Shown here in pieces: positions 12,861 through 26,500 of a DNA stretch of 64,000 nt. Under the pieces are notes generated by a model. That model was not told the origin of the DNA and did not search any database. It was given only the letters and a program-made list of their open reading frames with translations. This DNA is from Octopus bimaculoides (Eukaryota): positions 25,632,234 through 25,696,233 of the forward strand of contig NC_068992.1 in the NCBI RefSeq assembly GCF_001194135.2. Direction: 5' to 3'. Made by a program: the position numbers and the translations under genes. Within the stretch, counting starts at the first letter, position 1. Every line of letters begins with the position of its first letter.

Positions 12861-14689
12861 AGGAGTATTCCTGAATGTACGGAAGCAGTAGAACGGTGTG
12901 GGCATTCGTGGAATAATCTCGGATACTACTAGAGATGAGTCGAATAGAATTCTTCTGCAGGAATATGAAACGGCAGTAGGTGAAAGTATGAAATGTTATC
13001 TGGGCTGCAGCTTGTCTATGGAAGTAAATATATGCTGTCTGATGGTATCCTAAGCAGTATATGTACAGACCGCTTAATTCACTTGGTGCATTTTCTTGTT
13101 CCGATTACTAAGTGGGGCAGAAAACAAGGTGGAAAGTCTTAACCAGAAGTGACCCCACAAACCAAGCTGAAAGATCGGACAAAGTTGGAGACTACCTACG
13201 TTTACTTACATTACTGTTTACTTCCTGAGCGTCGTCCTTTTTTAGGTAGGAGCGTCTACTCATAGGTTTTTTTATGGATTGGGTGCATTGTATTAGACAG
13301 TCTATTTGTTATCATCAGCATTTGTGTGATAAGTGAGGTATGTCGCAACAGCCGATATGCTGACGCGCTCAGACAGAGCAGCCTAAACTGTTCTAGACTG
13401 AGTAGTTATGACTGCCGCTAGTCTGGGATGATTTCCTACAACTTGTCCCTTGATGTAGGTAATATCAAAGGTCCAGCAGAAGATTGGGACGAGACCCTTG
13501 CACTTGGAAACCATCAAGCTCTAAGTACATACACTCAGATGGGTAATAGGATTACTGTAAGTATTGATCAAGCAATTTGTATCGAGCAATTGCATGGACG
13601 AACAACAGTGTCCTCGAATGAGGTCTATTATTTGACTAACAGGGAGGCATTCGTTCCGGGCGATTATCTGCTCCTTATCTTTGGAAACTATTGATGCGGT
13701 AGTTGTTCCGAGAGTTTTACTCTACTGAAACGGAAATGATGTCAGACGAGTCTGTTTGGATATTACTGATTTGTGGATATGTAGAACTGTTTCTGCATTA
13801 GACATGCCTCCAGAGAGACGGATCCTGCTATCAGCGAAGTGCATTGTCTTACCCCTCTATCTGTTATCAGCGAAGTTCATTGTCTTGCCGCACTCCTTAA
13901 TAGGAATTTCAGTGTATCTCGTATTGATTCAAAGGCGGTGATATACAATATGTGGTGGGTGAAGTTTGAAATCTTGAGTCGAGTCCTCATAAACCCTCTC
14001 ACGCTTCATTTAGAAACAGGGTAAGATAAAAGGGGCGGTGATTCAAATATATTTATTGAAAGCTGGATGAGAATTTTGAAAATGTTAAAAGTTGATGCAA
14101 CAGCGTTCAGTATTAGTTTTCGGTTGAAGAGGGTGCCTTTCTTTTGTATCCAGGCTGTAACATGTAGACATAATGCGATTTCCATATTATTTATTTACAT
14201 ATTTTACATATCCGATTCTCTGCAAACTACAAAATATGAGGAGGGAATCAAAATGTTTCCGTATAAGATTTTAAATAATTTATACTCATTTACCTTTCTA
14301 AAAATGTTTTTAGATCCTTTATGTTACATGTTCATTTTTATTTCTATATTTTCTTTAATTTCAATTGGTATACAACAAATAATATTTGGCAGTGTATATA
14401 AAACTATTGTAAAAGTTATCGAATATTTTAAAATATCTTTTAATTTCTATTTAATTCATTCAGGGATGATCTGTAAATAGCTAATTTTAAATTAGAAACA
14501 TGATGCAAGATGTAGTGAAATTTAAGCTTAATCGATTACAAACGTAAAACTAAACAAAAATAAAATAACGCAATATCCATCTCTACCTAAGAATTAAGGA
14601 AAATCAAGAATCGATTTTAAAAAAACTAAAGACAAAAGCAAAATAAACCGAATATAGTGGAATTGAAAGTGTATAGGTGTAAGAGTAGA

Positions 14690-14796
14690 TTTTAGTGCCA
14701 GTGCGGGATGCATTGGACAAGGGTCTTCGACTAAAGCCTCGGTCAGACCAAAACCTTCTAAGGGGAATTGATTGACGGACACCAAAAGAAGTCCAC

Positions 14797-14837
<41 letters not shown>

Positions 14838-15085
14838 ATGTTTGTGTATGTGTATATGTCTATGTGTGTGTATTTCTCTTTGTGTCCGTCCCTATGTCCT
14901 CCATTATCGCTTGGCAGCCGATGATGGTGTGTTGATGTCCCCGTAAACTAGCGGTTCGGGAAGAGAGCTCGATCGAATAACTACCAGATTAAAAAAAATA
15001 CGTACGAGGTTCGACTAAGATTCTTCAAGGTGCGTTGCTCCAGCATGACCTCAGTCTACTGACTGAAAGAAATAAAATATAAAAG
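14690..15085 (+). mobile_element. SINE family A, degraded
   Basis: Core ggtcagaccaaaacc...gaagtcc, a (TA)(TG) tract, and the tail gtccccgtaaactagcggttcgg...ctccagcatgacc. Confidence 0.75.
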
Positions 15086-16479
15086 ACAAACAATGTTAGA
15101 TACACCAATCGGTTATTACTTTTCTTGATAATCTTGTCATTGTTCTTCTCTTAATTAATTATCATAATTAATCGTTGTATTTTATGACATATTTAGTTTA
15201 CTGTATTCTATGAAATTACTCTTTCCACATTTTCCTCTCTCCATTGCTATATTTCGTTCTATTTTTTAGCGTTTTCTTCTTCAATAATATTTCTTCAGTT
15301 TTTCTTCTTATTTTATAGATTTCAAAAATCAAATGGAATTGTATTCCAGCAGGGTAAACAGAAGATTCAGAAAATAAATATTCATGAGTAATTTGTCGCT
15401 GTAGAAACAGAATAGAAGCGTGTGATTCATGGTTCAATCCTCCATAGAATATATTTTACAAGAAGAAATATTCGACGCCAAGTAAATTGGAAAGAAAGGG
15501 GACAATTTGAAGGACATTTAAATTTAGAATTCTTGTTTCTTTATTTTCCGCTAATGATTATTATTGTTATCCGTTTCAAAACAAGTGAAAGGCGTAGTGT
15601 GTGAAGCATATTTCGTGTGATCAAATATTTATTGTAATCAATTCAGAAACAATTTTTGGAATGTGTTGGAAAGTAGAGGAATCAATTAAACTTCCAGAAT
15701 TTTAATTCTAAAACCTATTACAGCTGTGTGAATATAAAGGTGACAATGGCGGCGATTTTTTCCGAGTATGGCAATAGTAATAGTAACGGTAATAATAAAA
15801 ACGATACACCAATACTAGTAATAATCGCAAAAAATAATATTGCTAATCCTAACAACAAAATATATGATACTACCAATATTGAGAAACGCGATAAAATCAG
15901 TAATAATTAATAACTAAAACATTAAAATTAATAACAATGATGAAATAAAATAATATAAAAATTATGATATAAACATAGTACAATAATAAGAGCAAAACTA
16001 ACAGAACCCCTGATATCGCTGCCTGGATAATAGCAATAAATAAACAGAAATGTTTTTTTTAGAGTCACGAATATTATTCTCTTTTTTTCTGGGGTGTGGG
16101 GGGGGGGAGTAATTAAACATTAAAGACGATAAAGCGACAAGGATGCAGATCGATTAGACAGAAAAGGGGAGATGTTTGAAGAAGATTAATTGAAAAATGT
16201 GCGAGTGCTAAAGAAAAAATGCTGAACTCAAAAGAATATGAGTTAAAAGATACCTAAAATGTTTTCGAAGAAGTTTAAATGCAATGAAAATTACAGAGGT
16301 TTGGCAATTAAATTGCTAACAAGAAATGTAAAACAATAATGAGAAATCTTAGGGTTTGGATGGAATAATTATGCTTTAAGATACTTCCTGGGAACTTCCA
16401 TCCAATAATACCAGATTCCAATTAACGGCAAAACAATAGAATGAGTGATGGAATGATATAATAGTAATGCCGCTACTGC

Positions 16480-16620
16480 TGCTGCTGATAATGATGATGA
16501 TGATGATGATGATGATGGGGTGGAGTGTGGGTGATGGTGGGGTGGCGATGGTGGTGCTGGTAGTGATGATGATGATGATATTGATGATGAGGATGATAAT
16601 GATGATGAGGATGATAGTGA
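16480..16620. repeat. (GAT)n/(GGT)n degenerate trinucleotide repeat
   Basis: Directly visible; it produces the poly-M/H/I ORFs. Confidence 0.9.
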
Positions 16621-17469
16621 TGTCTTCTGCAGACCACACGTGTGACGGATTGAAAGACGTTACAAGGAGAAATTTCCGAACCACGGGGTTCACACATTGT
16701 CAAGTAGTAGAAAAGAGGCATTAACAAGAACAGCAACAACAACAACAAAACAGAATAACAATTTATAACAAACAAAAAACACTTCAGTTTTATTAGATTT
16801 TGTTTTATTTCAGTTCAGTATCAGATGTCTGTTTGGGTAGCCATTGCTTAGTATTGATAGTAAACCTCAACATTTCTTTTGTCATAAGATAGCGTTGAGT
16901 ACACCTCCTGGCGAGAATGAAAATTATTGGACACTTTACGATTTCGAACAGTTTAATGCTTTTAAGAAAGAGTTCCGGTTTGAATTAATTGCTATGGTTT
17001 TGAAATCTGATAGTTTTGTGCTCCAAAGAATAATGTTTACCATTATTTTTTCTGCGCATATGGTATGCACGTACGAGAAAGAGAGCATATCTTCAGTGAA
17101 ACAGAATGAAGCAGAGGGAGAAGGAAAGGCGTAAATTTCCGTTTCTTCAATAAATAAAATCTGTAACTAACAGAAATAACTTTCAACGAGGAATATTTTG
17201 GAAGGAGTGTTCTTTGTAGTATTTAGCATGAAAGTATTCCGTATGGATTTATTTGTAATATAAGTTGGTTTAATGATAAAAAAAATTGTTTCTACTAAGC
17301 CGTATCTATGATAACGCTTTCTATTTCTTAATGAAGCTTTTTCGGTTGTTTTACGACAATATTCCTATGCAGAAATGGATGAATTTATTCTCATGCATCT
17401 TGCATTTACCAGAATACCATAAACTCTCTCTTGGTGTAACAAGAAAGAACACTATTATCGGTGCAGACG

Positions 17470-17615
17470 TAGATGTGTAAGAAGAGGCTTGCTTCCCAAG
17501 CACATGGTCCCGGGTTCAGTCTCAATGCGTTTCATCTTGGGAAAGTGTTTTCTACTATAGCTTCGAGCAGATCAAACATTTGTATGTCAATTTAGGAGAA
17601 GGAAACAGAAAGAAG
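17470..17615 (+). mobile_element. SINE family A head, degraded
   Basis: cacatggtcccgggttcagtc...cttgggaaagtgttttctactatagcttcgagcagatcaaac. Confidence 0.78.
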
Positions 17616-18380
17616 TTAAAATATATTCAGTTAAGAACGTAATAGAGTACAGTATAAAGTACGTCAGCCTTCAGATTTCACCCTTTGCTATCCTGTAGTA
17701 GTAGTAGTATACATACTTTCAGGTTTACGTTGAGGTTTCTGTCGTATGTGAATAGATAATTGATAAAGCTGGAGTCAACGACAAGGAGTACGGTTGGATA
17801 TCAATTTTCAATCACTACAATTGTTTCTACGCAGGAGTGCAGATATTTGATTATGCAACTGCTTCCCTACATTATGAGATCTAGCTGCGTTTCTTCGGGA
17901 GATATGTAAATATTGTCTCTGTAAATTCAAATTCTCGGCATCAAGAGAACCCTCTCTTTCTGTCGTGGGCTGAAGTTAGCACTGAGTATATCAAAGTGTG
18001 TTGTTGCTGAAGGATCGTTTGTAAATTGCTTTGAATGTGTATATGTAGTGAGATGGTGATTCTGTTACTGTTAAAGTGCTTGCTGTTTTAAAGAAATTTG
18101 GATTTGATTTCTGTGTACTGTTGATTTCTTCTTCATGGTTGGTTACACATGTGATTGTCCTTAGCTGACCTTTACGAATCCGCCCACACATACACAGATA
18201 TGGTCGTTGACATATACATCCATATACATACTAATGATCTAACACATACTACACACACACATGCACACAAAAATATACGAAAATGTAGTGCACTCACATA
18301 CATACACATATACAAATATATACACATTTACGCTCCCATATACATATACATCTTTCAATCATATATGTATATATATATAT

Positions 18381-19320
18381 AGGTCGGGTCGTTTACGCTA
18401 CTGGTACCATGTAACTCAGTACTACCGGTCGTAAGGTCGGGTCGGCGGCGGCTAAGCCGGCTCCCCCAACAATTCCACTTCGTGAGGAGGGGATATATTG
18501 GACACCCTGCAGGACTAAAAACAAGATCTGTAAAAGGGCGCAAGACCATATACTCATACGTGGTAAATGGAAACTCTACATCATGCATACAATAAGTTTT
18601 GAAGTAATAAAAGTCCCTAACCGTATTGATGTGTTGAAATTAAGGGACTCTAAGGTGCAAGCGAATCTTAGAAATGCTATTGGAGAAGCGGAATTTGATG
18701 GAACTTGGGCAAAGTTTAAGACCACTATTTACAATGTTGTAGTTGGGGTTCTTGGTTTCAGAAATAGAAAACATCGGGACTAGTTTGATGAAAAGAATCT
18801 CACAGACCAATAAACTTCTTGAAGATAAAAGTAAGTTGCATCAAAAATACCTCGGTGCTCCAGATGTGATTAAAAAGCCCTTACTGCACTCTCTCAAAAG
18901 GATAAAATCATCACACCAAAGAAAGATACGACAAATGAAAAACAAACGGTGGTCGGATATGTCTGAAAAAATCCAGAAAGCGTATAACAGCAAAGATCTG
19001 AAAACAGTGTATCACTTGATCGGACAAGTGTTTGGTCCTTGGTCTTCATTTGTGGTACCACTCATGGCTAAAGACAGCTGCTTTCTCTTCAAGGAACATG
19101 AAGGTATCATGAACCGTTGTACTGAGCACTTCACTGATTTATTTTATAATCTTTCAGGTATTGATGAAAATGACATCAGTAATCTGCCCCAAAACGATAT
19201 CATTCATGAGATGATGGAACATCTAAATATAGATGAGATGAAAAAGACAATCAAAGAATTAAATACTGGGAAGATACCAGGTACTGACGGTATTTCTGTT
19301 GAAATTGTCCTCCAGTGTTG
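18381..19320 (+). mobile_element. RTE/BovB-type LINE remnant: 5' leader fused to the EN-RT linker
   Basis: Peptides WAKFKTTIY...LGFRNRKHRD*FDE and ...IMNRCTEHFTDLF...LPQ...MKKTIKELNTGKIPGTDGISVE are typical RTE linker sequence, with frameshift and stop. The 5' part is homologous to 57257-57430. Confidence 0.88.
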
Positions 19321-19374
19321 CTGTAGAGAACCACCATAAGGTAGCAAACATCTGCTTTGGTGCACATCTGGTTT

Positions 19375-19664
19375 GGTTCACGGACACGTGTACCTTAAAT
19401 ATAGTTCTCAGGGAGATTCAGTGTGACACAGAGTGTGACAAGGCTGGCCCTTTGAAATACAGTTACAACAGAAACGGAAGAACGAGTGGGAGAGAGTTGT
19501 GGTGAAAGAGTACAGCAGAATTCGCCACCACTCCCTGCCGGAGCTTCGTGGAGATTTTAGATGTTTTCGATCACTAAACACTTATAACGGCCAGTCTGGG
19601 AATCAAAACCGTGATCCTACGACTGCGAGTCCGCTGCCCTAACCACTGTGCCATTGCACCTCCA
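19375..19664 (-). mobile_element. tRNA-derived SINE family C
   Basis: The reverse complement begins tggaggtgcaatggcacagtggttagggcagcggactcgc and shares ctgtatttcaaagggcc...ctccctgagaact with 34605-34920. Confidence 0.85.
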
Positions 19665-22600
19665 TCATACAGATGTATTAAAACGCAACTAGCCATGTAG
19701 GGGTTCCAATGTAGAGGAATAACTAATGGAACTTTTGTGAGCCGCGTTATTTTACCTGTTACAGTCTGTTAGCATCTTGACGGTGACCTCTACAGCAGCA
19801 CTGGTCATCAGATGTACTGGAGTTTAAATAAACAGTTTGCCTTAAGCAAAACTTGAAAGCTGGAGAAGGAAACATGTCTTCATGAACAACAAATAGCCAT
19901 TCACGAAAAATATATTTTCCAGTCCTAAAGGACTGTATAGGTGAAGGAGCACTTTAACTTTGACTCACGGGCTGTCTAAATAGGGTGTAATTTGAGAGAT
20001 ATTTGGTTGCTGTTTCTATTAATTTGAGCAGCCTGGAATAAATGATCGCTTTAACTTAAGAAAAGTAGTTTATTATTCACTGCACTTTTAATTTTTAGAT
20101 TGAACATCTGAAGTATGTGGGATGTGCCACTAGCCAATCTCTCTTTCATTTTCATCTCTTAAGTTTTCTCACCTATCTAGTTCTTGAACTCCACGTCGGA
20201 ATTAATCGATAAAAGCAATGATCAATGTTAGTGTCATCCAAGCAGCTTAGTCATAATGAAATACTTATGTCTCCTGAAATACAGAACTGTAGAGGATAAC
20301 TAACTGAAGTTTGACACATGGAATAACGTTAAGTCAACAGCTGAAACAAAGCAGATACGACTCTATTTTACTAGTGAGATTTGCAAAAGTGAAATGAGAT
20401 ATTTTGCTGTTGAGGTGTAAATGCAATTTACCAAATATCAAAATCAATTCATAATATCAGCTCAATGAAAATTTAACTATTCCAAGATATTTACCGTGTT
20501 CGTATACAGATGAATATGACTGAAGCTGTTCTTAATGTAAATGTCATTTAACTTTTAATCTGATGTTCGTGTATTTCTTAACGCAGTTGGTACTCTCAGG
20601 AATAAATAAATCGTTGAATTTCAATCACAAATGAAAATGAAGACTGAGCTTACCTTTATCTCTTGCCTGTGGATCAAGCAGAACATAAATTTGCAAGGCA
20701 GGAGTTGAATCAATTGAATTAAGATGTTTGCGGTAAGACAATGCCAGTAATGGTATTCATAATAGGAATATTTCATATTATGAAAAGGTCATGCATCTTG
20801 AACAAATATAATTTTTTGTGGATCAGAAAATTTATGTAACTGGTTGATATTTTAAAGAGCTGCCAGCAGATATTAAGGGAAAGCCCAAACCTATATAGCT
20901 AGATATGTTAGCGACAGAAATAGTACTAATACCAAGAAGAAATATTTATCCCCACGTGGATGTCCTGTCAGAAAAAACTGTATTGCGGAAATTGCTATGA
21001 ACGAAACTATCGTATAGGCATTATGGTGCAGAATGCACTCCTACTTATATCACCTCGAGAAGCTAAATACCCGCTACCTCCAACGCCGTGTCCACCAGCT
21101 TACATGATTTCGACCTTCTTTGGTCTTTTCAATGAGGGTCACTTGAATGCTAGACATCAGTAATTCGTCACCCTGCCTGCGATGTATAGATAGGTAACGT
21201 TCAGGTTTCGTGTGTATCGCTCGTTCGAAATGATGGCGTTCATTATACTGCATAAAATGCAACAAATATTTAGGGCTACTGTTTATCTATGCAGATCAGA
21301 ACTTAATGATTTACGGGAGACACACTCAAATAAACCAATATTGTATGTTTATATAATCCGGACTGCCAGCTGACTCAGGGAATCAGAGGCATCAGCCATA
21401 GCCATCACTGAACTTTTAATCTTCAGATTGTACACCTGAAAGATGTGAGATGTACCACTACCCAATCTCTCTTCCATTTTCATCTCCGTAAGTTTTCTCA
21501 CGTTCGTTGTACTTGGCCTTAATGCCGGAGCTAATCGATCAAAAACAAGGATCAATGAATTGCAGCCATGGCTAGCCTATCTACCTTCATCTAGGACGAA
21601 CCGGTCCAATACTTGTTCACAATCAGAAAGATGAGAGTGTTGGATATGAGAAACATTTCTGTGCTATTGCTGTATGTTTTGCGACCACTTAGACGCCATC
21701 CCATTACAGAAATATTTCAACAGGAGATTGCAATCTAATGAAATCTCCTTACTGTCAACATGTCGCTTCTTATATTGGTGCGTTGTTACTTCATTGCGGT
21801 ACTTTGTTACAGCTACAAATATTAATATAGTTGAGTTAAAAGGGAAAGCTAACACACAAAAAGCGTCTTTGTTATGTTTGAAAGTATCTCATTTTGTAAC
21901 TGACGTCAAACATAATGTTTAATGACTCGTCGAAAGTGGATTAATATTTAAATTCCTTATCAGGGACGTCTACGTCCGTGGGGATAGCTGTAATACTAAC
22001 GCAGTATTACAATATAATAAGGAATATATCTCTACATATATAACTGAATCCATTGCAAGTATGTTTTTTTTTTGTTTTTGTTTTTTTTCAGAATGCCGCA
22101 GCAATTCGAACCGCAAGATATCCAAACTATTCCACAATGAAGAGTTTGTTGTCTACAATTGGAATTATAATGTGGTAGACATTCAGAATGAAGTACTGAA
22201 AATAAAGCAAAAACACTATTTAGTTCTATGATAAACGCGCACGCATGCACACATATATACATGTGCGCACACACACAAACACACACAGCAATCGTAAACA
22301 GAAATCCGTTCGTATATATAAAAGCTGTGAAAACTGAAAGAAACAAATACTCTAAAGGAAGCCCAATGAAAGCTAGAAAATCGTATTTGTTACTTGACGA
22401 TAAATGAGTAGCAAATAAGATATTTTTGCGCTCAAAAACTTACTCACCATTTACAAATGATGCAGAAATGGGTAATGAATAGTGTACATTGTAGACATTG
22501 AAGTAAATATATGCTGACGTACCTGAGAAACAGCTGATTTTGAATCATTCCTTTCGTGTGGATTCGAGAAAATAAGTGAAGTTTTTTTAATGTTCATCTA

Positions 22601-22787
22601 GTTTCTACTTCAAGGCAATTTCCTCATTCGTATTAGACGAAACGGTGTGTAAGTAATTAAATTTAAGGGAATATACAATTTCCCGAAATTTTTATACAAA
22701 ATTAGCAATAGTGATAGTGTGTTGTTCATAAAGACACAATTACAAATCGTTGTAAAAATCAGTTATTGCTGAGTCGACAAAAATAAA

Positions 22788-22995
22788 GGCGCCGAACTGG
22801 CAGAATCGTTAGCATACCGCGCGGTATGATTAGCTGCATTACACCCATCACTACGTTCTGAGCTCAAATTCCGCCGCGGTTGATTTTTGTCTTTCAGGCT
22901 CGATAAATGAAGTACCAGTTGAGTACTGGAGTTGATGCAATCGACTATCCCTCTGCCTAAAATTTCATACCTTGTTCCTATAGTAGAAAGGATTA
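22788..22995 (+). mobile_element. tRNA-derived SINE family B
   Basis: ggcgccgaactggcagaatcgttagc...ttctgagctcaaattccgcc...aagtaccagttga. Confidence 0.85.
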
Positions 22996-23480
22996 TTATG
23001 TAGTAGTTGTTTGATATTTTTAACGAATTAAATCACATGGGTGTGTAATTGACTCAGTTTATTATCGTATAGGTTGTCTCCTAAGTTTTCTTCATATTAT
23101 AACTTGATCTTAACTCTGAAAGTCAAGGAACCACTCGTTTGTATATACATGTGCAACGTCTTGTTGTCAGTTTGTTGTCAGTTAAGGGGCCAAATCGAAC
23201 CAATGCAGACCTATTATGAAAGGCATTTCACTCTTGGCTATACCCTCTTTCCAACAGTTATATTATCTGTCTTTTCACAACATTTCAATGATTTAAGGTA
23301 AATTGGTGTACCATTTCTAGCAAAGTAAGTGTCATTTTAGACATTCCTTGCATAAATATACGTTTTGTAGTAATAAAAGTCGTATGATATATTAATTTTC
23401 AGATGGAGTAATGCTGAGAAAACGGCATAATCATTAGATATTCCCACTAAATTAATCGGCATATTTAGAGTTACTCTAAG

Positions 23481-23572
23481 GATTTGAATTCAGAAATCAG
23501 AATGTTAAGACAGTTGAAGTACCGCTAAGCAATTCTCCCGGCGTGCTAAGGATTCTGCCAACTCGCCGCCTT
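23481..23572 (-). mobile_element. SINE family B head fragment
   Basis: The reverse complement reads aaggcggcgagttggcagaatccttagcacgccggg. Confidence 0.8.
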
Positions 23573-26500
23573 ACACTGAAAAGATTTGAAGCTTTAAAAC
23601 GCAACGCAGACTAATTTCAGTCTAATACAGGACAATGGCTATTTAGGACAATAGCTACAATCAGTTCACTATATTGTTCTTAGACCAGATACATCAAGAA
23701 AAGCTTTGATATTCCATTTTGTCGGATTATAAGTGGTTTATATTGTGTTTCATTTATTGCTATCGTCTTCATAAAGGATCGAGAACTGAACACTCCTGCA
23801 ATAGGAGTGGTTCTACCACGAATGTAAGTTTATTTATAATTCAATACTGAGAACAGCAACATGGGAAAAAGAAGATATAAAATGGAGTATAAAAAATGTT
23901 CAAAACCAAAAACAAAATATTGCTTGGTATAACAGGATCACTAACAAATATTTGGAAAGTATTCTAAGAAAATTGTTTAGGTTCTACGATAAATATAAGT
24001 GTATTCATGACAGAAGCATTTGGTTTTTCCTATCACCCAACAGAAACAGATGTTCAGATAAGTACTGCAACATGTTTAAAAAAAGAAATCAAAGAAATTT
24101 TGAGAGCAGAAAGTAAAAAACAAAACAAAAAAATGCGGAAGAAAATTCTTCCGCTTTGAAGATAGTACACCAGCTGGAAATTTCTTAATTTTCTTTTATC
24201 TTTAATCAATATTTAGGAATTTTATTTGTAGCTGGTGTGTAACCGATCCCTTACAACAGATACGTATACCAAAAGCAAGTTCGTATTCTACAGTGGCTCT
24301 CACCATTAACAGTTAATTTCAAATAACATCCCAGCAGAGCAACTATTATTTTAAACTTTATTTTTTGTTTCGCTATTTAATTCATCATTTTCTTCGATAA
24401 TTTTTTTTTTTATCAAGATTTAATACAGTGGTTTGGGAATAGATAGTCTGATTACATAGAATGTTGAATGAAATACTGGAAAAATAAAATAACATGTTTT
24501 AACGTTTTAAGTTCAAATTCCGCCGATGTTGATTTTTATCAAGCTTCCCGATATATGAAGCTATGTAACAAAATAGGATTGGAGCTGATACAGCCGACTG
24601 ACTCCCTCTTACAATGTGACTCCTCTTGTGCCTATCTTAAAAATCTGCCATTAATAGAAATTTGAAAAGTATTCAAGAACATTTTTCAAGTTCCATGAGA
24701 AAATTATTTTTGTATTACTGACAGCAGAATTTGGTTGTTTTGGTTATCAAGCAGAAACAGATGTTCTAATAAATAATAGAGCATGTTTAAATGATCAAAG
24801 AAATTTTATCAAAACAGAAAAGAATGCGTGAGGGAAGGCTGATGGAATTTTTCAGGCTTCAGCGTAATGCGACAGCTGGAAAGTTTATTGAGATGTATTT
24901 GCGCTATTTTCTCTATCGCCCATCGCAACTTCACCGGGTGCATCTGTGTGTCCTTCAGATATATGCAATATTGTCCTTTGGAATATGTTGTAATGTTTTG
25001 TTATACATCTAATACCTTCTGTTCTGAAATGTGCGTTGTTGTTATGGTTGTTGTTGTTGTTGTTGATGTTGCTACTTGTGTTGTCATAGTGAAGCTTTTA
25101 TATGTTAAAATAACTTTCTAATATAGAGATATGATGATGATTGTGTGGCATGTTTCTGTGTGAGTTGTTCCCTGTGCCTATCATAGTTAACTTTTTTAAT
25201 AAGCGTACAGCGACGAGGACTTTTTGTGGCTATATTTTATATTCATATACATTTTTAGTTATATAAAGAGCACTCGACATTAGTCTTGATTTGAACTTTC
25301 ATACACAAAATATATACATTTTAAAATCAAAGTACTATGAAAGCTTTTAACATCTTTCCGAGTGTTGTGTCTATTGCAATGATTTCAAGTGTCTGTCAAA
25401 CTGAATAACTTCGTTCTTTGGGTATATATCGGCTGTTCGCAACAATAGCTTTGTCAATACGGAATGGTCTGTCAGAGAATCACATAGTCATGTCGTTGTG
25501 ACATTTCGGGTTTTGTGAGTGCTTTTACCATTTATTATGTGTCAACATATTTCTCAATGTTTATATCCATCCCCCTCTCATTAAGACCTCTATGTACTGT
25601 TTATCTTTACCAAGAACGAACGTCCAGCAATAGAGTGGATTATAACCTCCTTGTTCTAAATTCATAGATTTTAATTCATTTAAACGATATTATGTTATGT
25701 TGTTCAGATGGATTTTGAATGGTAAGACAGGGATTGAGCAATATGCTTGTTACTTCAGCATTTAGAAAATGTGAACTAATTAATTATGAGAAGGGTAATA
25801 ATGATGTTGGTTCTGGAGAGCAGCAATTATGGCAGCATCGATACAAGACATTGATCTTCATGTTGTGATTAGAATTCCGGGTCCCACATGTATTATTAAT
25901 CATTTGTTTAATTGGTTAATTGTTAATTTACGTATGTTCGTTTCCATTTCATTATACTTTCTTTTTTTTATTTTCTGAGAGTGATCGTATATTTTTATGG
26001 CTCATTGTACGTAGATGTTTGTGTATAATTGAGACACAGATAACATAAAAGAAATATTAGACCAGAAATCTGAATAACAACTTAATCTATTTGTGCTTTG
26101 AAATGAATTCAGTATGTTTATTTTATTTGTTTCCATTTTCAGATTCAGCCTTTGCTTTCTTTCTTTGGTTATCAGAAGGAGGAAGCCTCAAAATCTGATG
26201 CTACCAGATTAAATACATGGGAGACTTTAGTTGTATATAGCTATTTGCAGCTTACTGCAGTTGATTAAACTTAATATAACACCCGAAAAGATATATACAG
26301 CTTTCGGCAGATGTAAAAATACAATAAGATTTAGTAACATAGGTGCAAGATGAAACACAAAGTCCAGGAAGAGTTAATCGATTACAGAAACTGCAGAATT
26401 TGAATGGTATTTTGTTTTACCAACCCACAGCGATGGATTGTATAATAGCGCTCAGCATGTGCTAATGTAAAATCATTGAACTGACAAACCACTGACCGGT

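Noticed and set aside
13428-13694. 88-aa ORF
   Set aside because: It is probably part of the decayed LINE region nearby, and no motif is clear enough to call a product.
17880-18191. Possible LINE RT remnant on the minus strand (IRKG...EEI...FFK)
   Set aside because: The similarity is too faint to support without a profile search.
21074-21265. Cadherin- or RT-like impression in the ORFs
   Set aside because: No DxD, LDRE or DxNDN motifs and no RT motifs survive on inspection.
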